In this document: positions 42,702 through 50,747 of the stretch, piece by piece
How positions within the stretch are numbered: position 1 is the first letter of the stretch
Layout of the letters: every line of letters begins with the position of its first letter
Assembly (NCBI GenBank): GCA_964342305.1
Contig: CAYFGK010000006.1
Location: forward strand, 4,918-68,917
Length of the DNA: 64,000 nucleotides
DNA from: an uncultured Saprospiraceae bacterium
Lineage (GTDB): Bacteria; Bacteroidota; Bacteroidia; Chitinophagales; Saprospiraceae
Reading direction: 5' to 3'
Notes under the pieces: generated by a model
The model's database searches: none
The model's input: only the letters and a program-made list of their open reading frames with translations
Told to the model about the DNA's origin: nothing
Made by a program: the position numbers and the translations under genes

Positions 42702-43172
42702 GCCCCCTATCTCCCTTTCCCCCCTTCTCCCTTTCCCCCTCTGATTGCCGATGCCACCTTTCATGCAGGTTGGCAATTCACTTCATGGATCGCGGCAGAC
42801 GCGATAAATCGCGTCTCTACCCGGATTGGGTTTTACCGGAACGATACCGCTCCCCCTATCTCCCTTTCTCCTATTCTCCCTATCCCCCCTTCTCCCTTTC
42901 CCCCTCTGATTGCCGATGCCACCTTTCATGCAGGTTGGCAATTCACTTCATGGATCGCGGCAGACGCGATAAATCGCGTCTCTACCCGGATTGGGTTTTA
43001 CCGGAACGATACCGCTCCCCCTATCTCCTTTTCTCCCTATCTCCCAATCTCCCTTTCTCCCTATCTCCCTTTCTCCCTTTCCCCCTATCTCCCTTTCTCC
43101 CTATCTCCCTTTCTCCCTTTCCCCCTATCCCCCCTTCTCCCTATCCCCCTTTCTCCCTTTCCCCCCTTCACC
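42702..43172. repeat. 165-bp tandem repeat (two identical 111-nt cores) embedded in a CYWTCYCC octamer array
   Basis: 42741-42851 and 42906-43016 are identical; flanks and 43021-43172 are runs of ctatctcc/ctttctcc/ctttcccc/ccttctcc octamers. Confidence 0.85.
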
Positions 43173-44017
43173 CGCTCCGCTCCCGCGTACACATTACAAC
43201 GGTTATTTCTGACAAACCCGATCAGCGTCATGCCACACTCCTCCGCCAGGTCAATCGCCAGGCTGGATGGTGCACCTACCGCCGATAATACAGGGACTCC
43301 GGCCATCCAGGCTTTTTGCACCAGCTCAAAACCAATGCGGCCGCTGAGAACAATCTGTGCATTGCTCAGGGGAAGCAGGTTCTCCTCCAACGCATAACCG
43401 ATCACTTTGTCGAGAGCATTATGCCGCCCCACATCCTCAAAAGCAGCCAGTACGTTCCCATCCGGCGAGACCAGGGCAGCAGCGTGTAAGCCTCCCGTGC
43501 GGGCAAATACCGATTGACTATCGCCCAATTGCTCCGGTAACAACTGGATGTCTTCGATCCGTACCTTGGGCCACCCCGGCCGTAACAGGTACACGGATTG
43601 CTGACGTACCAGTTCCATACTGCCCTTACCACATACACCGCAACTGGAGGCAGTATAAAAATGACGCTCCTGACTCGACCAGTCCAGGTCCAAATTCTTC
43701 CGTAAGGTTATATCCAGGGTATTTTCGTGGACCATATTCCCTACCCTCCGGCGGGGCTGATCCATCCGGACTACATCCGCCCGGCAGCCAATGATGCCCT
43801 CCGTAAACAAGAACCCCAATGCCAGATGCTGATCGTCGCCGGGAGTACGCATAGTTATGGATATGGTACGGAACGGCTCCCCTCCCCCGGCTACAGACAA
43901 CCGGATCTCCAGAGGTTCCTCCACCACCACCTCGTCTTCGTCCGGTGCCCATCCCCCGTTGGTATGCCGGAAGACACGGACCGATCGTACTTGTTTTTGC
44001 GAAAGCGGGCTTTCCAT
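43085..44017 (-). CDS. fdhD: formate dehydrogenase accessory sulfurtransferase FdhD, with repeat-encoded C-terminal tail
   Basis: 310 aa; FdhD blocks FYTASSCGVCGK and GGLHAAAL; the last 27 aa (KGGKGERGIGRRGDRGKGRKGDREKGR) are read from the octamer array. Confidence 0.8.
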   Translation of the reverse strand: MESPLSQKQVRSVRVFRHTNGGWAPDEDEVVVEEPLEIRLSVAGGGEPFRTISITMRTPGDDQHLALGFLFTEGIIGCRADVVRMDQPRRRVGNMVHENTLDITLRKNLDLDWSSQERHFYTASSCGVCGKGSMELVRQQSVYLLRPGWPKVRIEDIQLLPEQLGDSQSVFARTGGLHAAALVSPDGNVLAAFEDVGRHNALDKVIGYALEENLLPLSNAQIVLSGRIGFELVQKAWMAGVPVLSAVGAPSSLAIDLAEECGMTLIGFVRNNRCNVYAGAERVKGGKGERGIGRRGDRGKGRKGDREKGR

Positions 44018-44067
44018 AGTCAGATCATTTTTAGCGAAAGCTTGTTGTACAAAACAGAATAAGGAAT

Positions 44068-44397
44068 ATGGCTTTAAATCTGGAACTGGAAATATCGTTG
44101 GATGATGTGCGGCTGATGCTAGGCGACCGGTTTGAACAGGAATTCATCCGTCAGATGCATACCGCCACCTGTACCGGGTGCGAACGCCGGTATAATGCGA
44201 CTATCGATATATCCGAAATATGGCTAAACCACATTGGTGACCTCATTGTGGAGGGTACTTGCACCAATTGTCAAACCCCGATCAGTAAATACCTGGAAAC
44301 GAGTAATCTGCAAAATGCATACGACCAGGCTATGGCCATCCGGGAACTTCATATGCACGTCCTGAAAGAATATAACGCACGGCCACCCGGCGGCTAG
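44068..44397 (+). CDS. hypothetical small protein with two CxxC pairs (zinc-ribbon-like)
   Basis: 109-aa ORF; CTGC...CTNC spaced 34 aa apart; no family recognised. Confidence 0.5.
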   Translation: MALNLELEISLDDVRLMLGDRFEQEFIRQMHTATCTGCERRYNATIDISEIWLNHIGDLIVEGTCTNCQTPISKYLETSNLQNAYDQAMAIRELHMHVLKEYNARPPGG

Positions 44398-45080
44398 ACC
44401 ATTGTTTTAATAGCCTGGACCGTTCCAAAATAGCCCCGGCTGAAAGCGATCGATACTTGCGGAAAACCAGCTTCCCGCAACCATTTCATCTGGTCGTCGA
44501 AGGAGTCGGGGTGATCGTACTCCGCGTAGTGCTCCATCAGGTATTGCCAGTCTTCATCCGAACTACCCTGCTCCCTCGCCAACCGTTCCCATTCCGACAG
44601 AGCGTGCTGGTGTGTATCGTCATCCTTCGTATCCACAAAAATGTCACTGGCCAGGAATCGGCCGCCCGGGCGCAACCATTCGTGCACTCGTCCGAACAGA
44701 GCTTGTTTGTCGGCCGCCTCCAAATGATGCAGGGACAATCCGGCCACTACCAGATCAAAAGTCCGGGGCAAAAAGCTGAGTTCCTGCATGTACTTTTCCA
44801 CGTACGTAAAGGCCTCTGATGCTCCAAACCGGTCGGCACAGGAGGTAATCATTTTTGCGGAAGCATCCACTAACACCATATCGACCTCCGGAAATTGCTT
44901 GCGAACAACAAAGGTCGTATTGCCGTTTCCCGCACCGAGATCAAGCGCCGTTTGCGGCTCAAAGTCCTTGGGCAACCCGTCTACCAGTGAGAGTATCAGG
45001 TCGTCGTAATGCGGTACCCACCGGCGAATCTTGTCGGTGTAACCGTCCTCGAGCTTATCGAATTCTTGTCCTACCAGCAT
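44394..45080 (-). CDS. class I SAM-dependent methyltransferase
   Basis: 228 aa; motif I ALDLGAGNGNTT and post-I acidic residue; Rossmann-fold pattern. Confidence 0.8.
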   Translation of the reverse strand: MLVGQEFDKLEDGYTDKIRRWVPHYDDLILSLVDGLPKDFEPQTALDLGAGNGNTTFVVRKQFPEVDMVLVDASAKMITSCADRFGASEAFTYVEKYMQELSFLPRTFDLVVAGLSLHHLEAADKQALFGRVHEWLRPGGRFLASDIFVDTKDDDTHQHALSEWERLAREQGSSDEDWQYLMEHYAEYDHPDSFDDQMKWLREAGFPQVSIAFSRGYFGTVQAIKTMV

Positions 45081-45156
45081 ACCAAAGGTGATTGTAATTA
45101 ACGTAAAGTTGGGGCCGACCTGTTTGCTAAATAGCTGAGGGTCAGAATCGCACGTT

Positions 45157-45276
45157 GTAATAGGTATAGTGTATAAGGTAGTAAGACTTGCTTAAATCCA
45201 GATACCTATTACCCTATACCGGGAGGTTGGGCCTTAATTATCTCTATTTAAAAAATCATTTAAGCCCCACCTCGCG
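45157..45276. repeat. GGTATNN-array hairpin element, copy 2 of 3
   Basis: gtaataggtatagtgtataagg ... cctattaccctatacc, then stem cgggaggttgggc / gccccacctcgcg; aligns with 9850-9998 and 60001-60122. Confidence 0.6.
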
Positions 45277-45280
45277 GTAA

Positions 45281-45784
45281 TTAGGAAAAAACAGTTCCCA
45301 GGGCCATGCCCAGCGCCGATAAGATACGCCCCACTACCCAAAAGGACAAGATCAACAGTCCGGCCAAGACTAAAATGACCAACCCGATTACCGGCCAGGC
45401 ACTACCCCGGTGGCGGCCTTCCCCGTAATGGGCCAATAGTAAGCGAACGTTCTTCTTGTTGGCGCGGTACCGCCAATCAAAGAGGTCGCCCAATACCGGG
45501 ATGGTTCCCAGGGTACCATCAACGAACAGGTTACCCAGCATCAGGATCAACAATCGGCCGGAGGCTCCTCTTCGGGCCATCACGACGATCAGGAACCCGG
45601 ATACGAGAAAGGTGATCACATCGCCCACATAAGGTACTAACCCCACCAGCGCATCCAGGCCAAAACGTATCTGAGTGCCAGGTATCCGGAAACGATCATC
45701 CAGAAATTCCGCCATCTTATCCAGCCAGGCTAGTTCGGGATGATCATCAACTGTCGTTCCGGTACTGGTACGCGTTTTTGCCAT
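45281..45784 (-). CDS. DUF4112 domain membrane protein
   Basis: 167 aa; RFRIPGTQIRFGLDALVGLVPYVGD and PVLGDLFDWRYRAN blocks recalled as the DUF4112 signature. Confidence 0.7.
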   Translation of the reverse strand: MAKTRTSTGTTVDDHPELAWLDKMAEFLDDRFRIPGTQIRFGLDALVGLVPYVGDVITFLVSGFLIVVMARRGASGRLLILMLGNLFVDGTLGTIPVLGDLFDWRYRANKKNVRLLLAHYGEGRHRGSAWPVIGLVILVLAGLLILSFWVVGRILSALGMALGTVFS

Positions 45785-45786
45785 GA

Positions 45787-46530
45787 TTAATCCACCATAA
45801 AATGAACGGAAGTACGCAACTGATCACCGTCTATATCGATCAGACGGAAACCGGGGGCTGTATGCTCCGGCTCAAAATTCTCGACGTAGGGGTTTATTTG
45901 TACGTAGGAAGAAGGAGAAATGAATACCGACCCAAAAGGGGCCAGGATGGTCCGGGCGTGATGATAGTGACCGCAAAAAACATGCAGGGGTTCTGCTGCT
46001 TTCGCAAAAATCCGGGCCAGGGCTTCCCGAAAGGGCGCCTGAAGCGGGTAGTTATTATCCATATGCGGCACGCCCGCCCGAACCGGCGGATGGTGCATAA
46101 ACAGAATACGGCAGCGTTGTTCCCGCTGGGTTAGTTCAGCTTCCACCCACGACAATTGGTTGGCACTCAGGGTACCCGGGGAGGAATCCAGAAAGAGAAA
46201 GCGTTCACCACACCACTGGCGCCGGTAGTACAACTCTTCATCCTTAAGGTCTTCGGTTACCTCGAATACCCTCGCCAACAGACAAGGATTATCGTGATTC
46301 CCCGAAAGGACCTCATAGGGAATGGCAAGCGCCTCAATATGTTCGCGGAACCACCGGTATACGTCGGCATTTCCATCTTCCAGGCAGAGGTCACCGGTAA
46401 TAACCAGATGGTCGGGTTGTAGCTTACTAATGTGACTGCACAGTCGCAATAAATTGCTGCGTACATCCACCCCAAAAGGCTGCTCTCCCGCTGTACCCAC
46501 ATGTTGGTCCGTGATCTGGATTATCCTCAT
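45787..46530 (-). CDS. metallophosphoesterase (CpdA-like phosphodiesterase)
   Basis: 247 aa; calcineurin-like motifs ITDQH, GDL..DG, GNHD, HHPP, GHYH. Confidence 0.8.
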   Translation of the reverse strand: MRIIQITDQHVGTAGEQPFGVDVRSNLLRLCSHISKLQPDHLVITGDLCLEDGNADVYRWFREHIEALAIPYEVLSGNHDNPCLLARVFEVTEDLKDEELYYRRQWCGERFLFLDSSPGTLSANQLSWVEAELTQREQRCRILFMHHPPVRAGVPHMDNNYPLQAPFREALARIFAKAAEPLHVFCGHYHHARTILAPFGSVFISPSSYVQINPYVENFEPEHTAPGFRLIDIDGDQLRTSVHFMVD

Positions 46531-46562
46531 AGTACACCATTAACGTACAATTGTGGGCTTCG

Positions 46563-47468
46563 TTATGCCTCGGCCTTCGGTTTTTTACCAGATCCCCGGA
46601 TATTTACCAGTTTTTTCAGCAAGTCGAACCAGAAGGGAGCTCCCAGCGATACCGCCAGGGCAGTAACGATCCAACCCAGCACCTTGAGTGCCCAGTCTTG
46701 CCAGGAAAGGGATTGTACATCCACTCCGCCCCAACCCAAACCCAGGGGCGCAGAAGCTTCGTCGATCTCCTGATTGATCAGGTAATTGATCTTGTCAAGA
46801 GACTCCCGCATCAAGGGATTTTCGGTGGTCGTCAGGGAATCACCCTGAATCAGCAGATAGTCCTCCGCCATTGCCAGGATTTGCTGCAAAGCCTCGGGAT
46901 CGGATTCCAGTCGCTCGTAAATGGCGATGGTATCCGCATTGAAAATGACCGCGATGGCCAAGCCCACTGCCACGAGGATCTTTTGGATATTGCGTTTATA
47001 CCAACCGGATGCCCGGTCCATAACATTATCGTACCAATTCCGGATGTTACTCCGAAATTCGTCGAGCCGGTAATCGGCATCGTTCAGGAGTTGGTTCAAA
47101 ACGTGTTTGAGGTCGCGGTCGGGCAGGCTGTCAATTCGTTCCTGAATCCGGTCCACGCCCTCCCCTTCCAACAGTACATCAAAGAGAATGGACTGGAAGG
47201 AATCGGCACTCAGGTAGGATGGCGAGCGGCGGCGACTCTTCCCGTAGCGCTGGGACAACTGCTTGTAAAGGGAGTTGTCCTTGAATTGTTTAAACAGCTT
47301 TTCATCGGCATCGGCCGAAGCCAGCATATTGCGCAACGCCTTCTCCAGGTTTTTGCCCCGCAGGGCCAAACCGGAGCTCAGCAATTCCATAATAGTGGTT
47401 GCCAGCAGGCTGAGCAAGAGCAAGACAAAGACCAGCCCGATTACCACTTCTAATAATCCCAGCATCAT
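46563..47468 (-). CDS. hypothetical membrane protein
   Basis: 301 aa; N-terminal TM, one central TM and C-terminal TM segments; 4-nt overlap with the upstream S9 peptidase gene. Confidence 0.6.
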   Translation of the reverse strand: MMLGLLEVVIGLVFVLLLLSLLATTIMELLSSGLALRGKNLEKALRNMLASADADEKLFKQFKDNSLYKQLSQRYGKSRRRSPSYLSADSFQSILFDVLLEGEGVDRIQERIDSLPDRDLKHVLNQLLNDADYRLDEFRSNIRNWYDNVMDRASGWYKRNIQKILVAVGLAIAVIFNADTIAIYERLESDPEALQQILAMAEDYLLIQGDSLTTTENPLMRESLDKINYLINQEIDEASAPLGLGWGGVDVQSLSWQDWALKVLGWIVTALAVSLGAPFWFDLLKKLVNIRGSGKKPKAEA

Positions 47469-49846
47469 TTAAGGGTTTCCTGGAACAATTTGAAGATGCG
47501 TTTATACTCATCACTCCAACTGGAAGGCTCGATGAATCCGTGTCGTTCTACCGGGAATACGGCAAACTCCCAATTGTCTTTTTCCAGCTCGATCAGTCGC
47601 TGTGCCAGGCGGACTACATCCTGAAACTGCACGTTCGTATCGATCATCCCGTGCAGGATCAGCAATTGATCCTCCAGCCCGTCTGCGAAATTGATGGGTG
47701 AAGAGCGAGCGTAGGCAATGCTGTCCATTACCGGAGTATTCAAAATATTGGAGGTATACCCGTGGTTGTAGTGTGCCCAATCGGTCACGGAGCGCAGCGC
47801 TGCACCGGCGGCAAACGTGCCCGGCTCCGTAAACAGGGCCATCAGCGTTATGAACCCTCCGTAGGATCCACCATAAATACCGATCCGGTCGGGGTCGACA
47901 TCATAGGCTTCCGCCAAATGCCTGGCACCATCCACCTGGTCGTCCAGGTCTTTACCACCCATATAGCGATAAATGCCCGTGCGCCAGTCGCGGCCGTAGC
48001 CGGCACTCGCACGGTAGTCAATGTCCAGCACAGTGTACCCATTATCCACCAACAGGTTGTGGAACATGTACTCGCGGTAATAGCTACTCCACCAGCGGTG
48101 TACATTTTGCAGGTACCCGGCACCGTGTACGAAGATCACGGCGGGGCCATCGGGCTGGGGATTCTCAGGACGGTACAGTCGAGCCGGCACTTCGGCACCG
48201 TCGCGGGCGGTGAAGCGGATAATCTCCGGCTCCCGCCAATCGTAGGTATTGAAGGCATCGGTGGTCGATTCGGTCACCTGTATCGCTTCGGCCCCGGCCT
48301 CATTGGGCATCACGTAGAGTTCCCAGGGTTTATTGCTGTAGGAATAGCGAACGGCCAGGTATTCCTCGTCGGGCGACAGGTCCACTTCGTGGTTACCCGG
48401 CATAGTTGTAATGCGGGTCAGCTCTCCACCGCTGGCTGGCAAATGGTAGAAATGGTGTTCGTGGGGGCCCTCGGCACTGGCCGTAATATAGAAGGTGGAT
48501 CCGTCATTGGACAGGGCAGCTGATTGAACCTCAAATTCACCGGTGGTAAGCTGGGTTTTCCGTCCCGTTTCGGTATCCATAATATACAGGTGGGAATACC
48601 CGGTTGCTTCGGATTGGTAATAGATGGTCCGGTTATCCGGAAGCCAGCCGGCCGTTCCCGAGGCAAAAGACCAGCCAATACCAGGTCCGGCGATCCACGC
48701 ATCATCGTGCTGGTGGTCCAGGGTGGTCAGCTCTCCGGTTGCGGGATCCAGCAGGGTGATCCAGCGATCTTTATTATCCTGGGAGCGCAGGGTAAGGATG
48801 GCCTGACCTTCGCCATTAAAAATGGGCGAGGCAAAGGTCACTTCGCGGGCCTCTTTGAACGTATCTACGTATTCCTCCGATCCCGTGTGGTACTCTTCCA
48901 GATAGGCGGGCTTGTCGTAAATGCCCGGCAGCTGTGCGGGATCGATAGTATAAAAGGTATCCCGCTCCCGGTCGAAGATCCCCATCTCATAAGTTGTCTG
49001 GGGGCTTCCCACTTTTGCTCTCGAACGCAAGTCTTCAATGTAGCCGCTTTCGGTTACGTAATTGGGAACGCGGGTATTTTTGGCGTCGGCCGACTTGGCC
49101 ATCATCATGGTCACAAATCGCAGGTCATCACTGGCTTCCATGCCCCATAGGCGTTTTCCCTGCAAATACACCGGCGCGGGACGATCGGGTTGCAGTGCTT
49201 CCCGTTGAGCCGACCTGGCCTCCGATTGTGCATCCCGCCAGCGAAGCACCTCGAACAGGTCCATCTGTTGTTCCTGTAACCATTGCTGATACTCCGGATC
49301 GGGACGCGACCGGCGGGGGCCGTCACTTTGTACGTTGGTCAGTTGCTCGATCGCTCCCGTTTCCCGATCCCAGGAGAAAAGGTCATTTCCCGACCGGTAA
49401 ACGATCACCCGGTCTTGCCGGGCAAAGAAAGGACCGGACTCTCCGCTACTGGTATTGGTAAGCTGTGTTTCTTCACCGGTCTCCCGGTTAAGGAGGAAAA
49501 GATCACCGTTATCCGAGTACACTTTGTAAGTGCGGTCAGAGGAGTAACCACCATTACCTCCCCGAAGCATCTTTTGTTCTTCCACCGACACCAATACGGG
49601 ATCGCTACCGTTTCTATCGGTCTTGTACAGGGAGCTAATGGTGTCCATTTCGGGATTCCACGAGAAGTAGATCGTTTCACTATCATCACTCCAGTAGATA
49701 TTGGAGGGCAAAAATCCCACAAACCGATCCCCCTGCATGATCTGAGGAATGGTTAGGGTGGAGCTATTAGGAACATCAGGGGATTGGGCTTTCGCCAAAA
49801 AAGCAACCATAAGCATGGCCAGGCAGAACAGAACTCGTCTTGTCAT
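47465..49846 (-). CDS. S9 family peptidase (DPP IV / prolyl oligopeptidase type)
   Basis: 793 aa; signal peptide, beta-propeller-like N-terminal part, catalytic GGSYGG serine box and C-terminal Asp/His region. Confidence 0.85.
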   Translation of the reverse strand: MTRRVLFCLAMLMVAFLAKAQSPDVPNSSTLTIPQIMQGDRFVGFLPSNIYWSDDSETIYFSWNPEMDTISSLYKTDRNGSDPVLVSVEEQKMLRGGNGGYSSDRTYKVYSDNGDLFLLNRETGEETQLTNTSSGESGPFFARQDRVIVYRSGNDLFSWDRETGAIEQLTNVQSDGPRRSRPDPEYQQWLQEQQMDLFEVLRWRDAQSEARSAQREALQPDRPAPVYLQGKRLWGMEASDDLRFVTMMMAKSADAKNTRVPNYVTESGYIEDLRSRAKVGSPQTTYEMGIFDRERDTFYTIDPAQLPGIYDKPAYLEEYHTGSEEYVDTFKEAREVTFASPIFNGEGQAILTLRSQDNKDRWITLLDPATGELTTLDHQHDDAWIAGPGIGWSFASGTAGWLPDNRTIYYQSEATGYSHLYIMDTETGRKTQLTTGEFEVQSAALSNDGSTFYITASAEGPHEHHFYHLPASGGELTRITTMPGNHEVDLSPDEEYLAVRYSYSNKPWELYVMPNEAGAEAIQVTESTTDAFNTYDWREPEIIRFTARDGAEVPARLYRPENPQPDGPAVIFVHGAGYLQNVHRWWSSYYREYMFHNLLVDNGYTVLDIDYRASAGYGRDWRTGIYRYMGGKDLDDQVDGARHLAEAYDVDPDRIGIYGGSYGGFITLMALFTEPGTFAAGAALRSVTDWAHYNHGYTSNILNTPVMDSIAYARSSPINFADGLEDQLLILHGMIDTNVQFQDVVRLAQRLIELEKDNWEFAVFPVERHGFIEPSSWSDEYKRIFKLFQETLK

Positions 49847-49865
49847 AGATTTTGCGTCTTTCGGA

Positions 49866-50534
49866 CTAATGTACGAAAAACTTATACTTGATCAGCGTCG
49901 CCGTGCTACTGCAGAGTGTGGCTACTTTCTGTCGCCCCCGGTCCGCATCGGTACGGGCAATTATGATAGTAGGAGTTCCCATCACATCGGCTGCCAGGCG
50001 GGCAGCGGTTAATTTGTCGATCGCCTCCTGGGTGGGAACCAGGACCTTTCCGCCCAAATGCCCGCATTTTTTAGCACTCGACAACTGGTCCTCGAAATGC
50101 ACACCGGACGCTCCGGCTTCGATCATTCCCTTCATTAGCTCGTACGCATTCAGATTGCCGCCGAAGCCCGCTTCCGCATCGGCGATAATGGGTACCAGGT
50201 ACTCCCGGTCATCGCTTCCCGTGACCGACTGGATCTGGTCTCTGCGCAATAATACATTATTGATCCGGCGCACCACCATTGGCACTGAGTTGGCTGGACG
50301 GTATCTCTGCCTGTCAATGGCGAAGCCCCCCCCCATTCCCGTCAGCGTTACCCTGGGTATATTGATCAGTGAACCGGCCCGCACCCTCATTCGCTTTCTG
50401 AACGACCCGGCGCTACCTGAACGCGTGGTCCATACTACCTGCGAACGCTGCCCGATCATGGATTGCCGGGAGCGGATGGCCCAGCCCCTCATTTTGCAGC
50501 AAGAGGCCCACCGGTAACAAGAAATGGCCGCCAT
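49866..50534 (-). pseudogene. aceA: isocitrate lyase remnant (central third only)
   Basis: ORF residues 78-197 (49944-50303) match ICL: [27 protein letters not shown], the signature KKCGHLGGK, and ARTDAD. No ICL-like N-terminal SGWQ block, and the C-terminal half of a ~430-aa ICL is absent. Confidence 0.65.
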
Positions 50535-50673
50535 CGCCCGACTTGAGAAAATAAGTAAAGTATAAAGGAAGCCACCTCAAACCTGTTTAGTACTTATACC
50601 CAACAGAGATTCCATTATCGTGCCGTATTTTATTTTGGACGTGTTCTTGGCGCGATCCAGAGGATCAGTGCTC

Positions 50674-50734
50674 CACCCCACACCCCACACCTCACACCTC
50701 ACACCTCACACCTCAAACCTCAAACCTCAAACCT
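50674..50734. repeat. GAGGTKT heptamer array (C-rich strand on +), no inverted partner
   Basis: caccccacaccccacacctcacacctcacacctcacacctcaaacctcaaacctcaaacct; begins 14 nt after the stop of the 50748-51866 gene. Confidence 0.7.
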
Positions 50735-50747
50735 CAAACCTGTTATA

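Noticed and set aside
42702-43172. CRISPR array interpretation of the 165-bp tandem repeat
   Set aside because: There are only two long identical units, of 111 nt rather than 24-48 nt. The spacers are low-complexity octamers rather than unique sequences, and no cas genes are in the window.
42690-43397. 235-aa and 172-aa plus-strand ORFs (42690-43397, 42770-43288) and a 73-aa ORF rich in LSP/FPP repeats
   Set aside because: They are translations of the pyrimidine octamer array and the duplicated 111-nt core, and they run antisense into fdhD. There is no start context or domain, and the amino-acid repeats merely mirror the DNA repeats.
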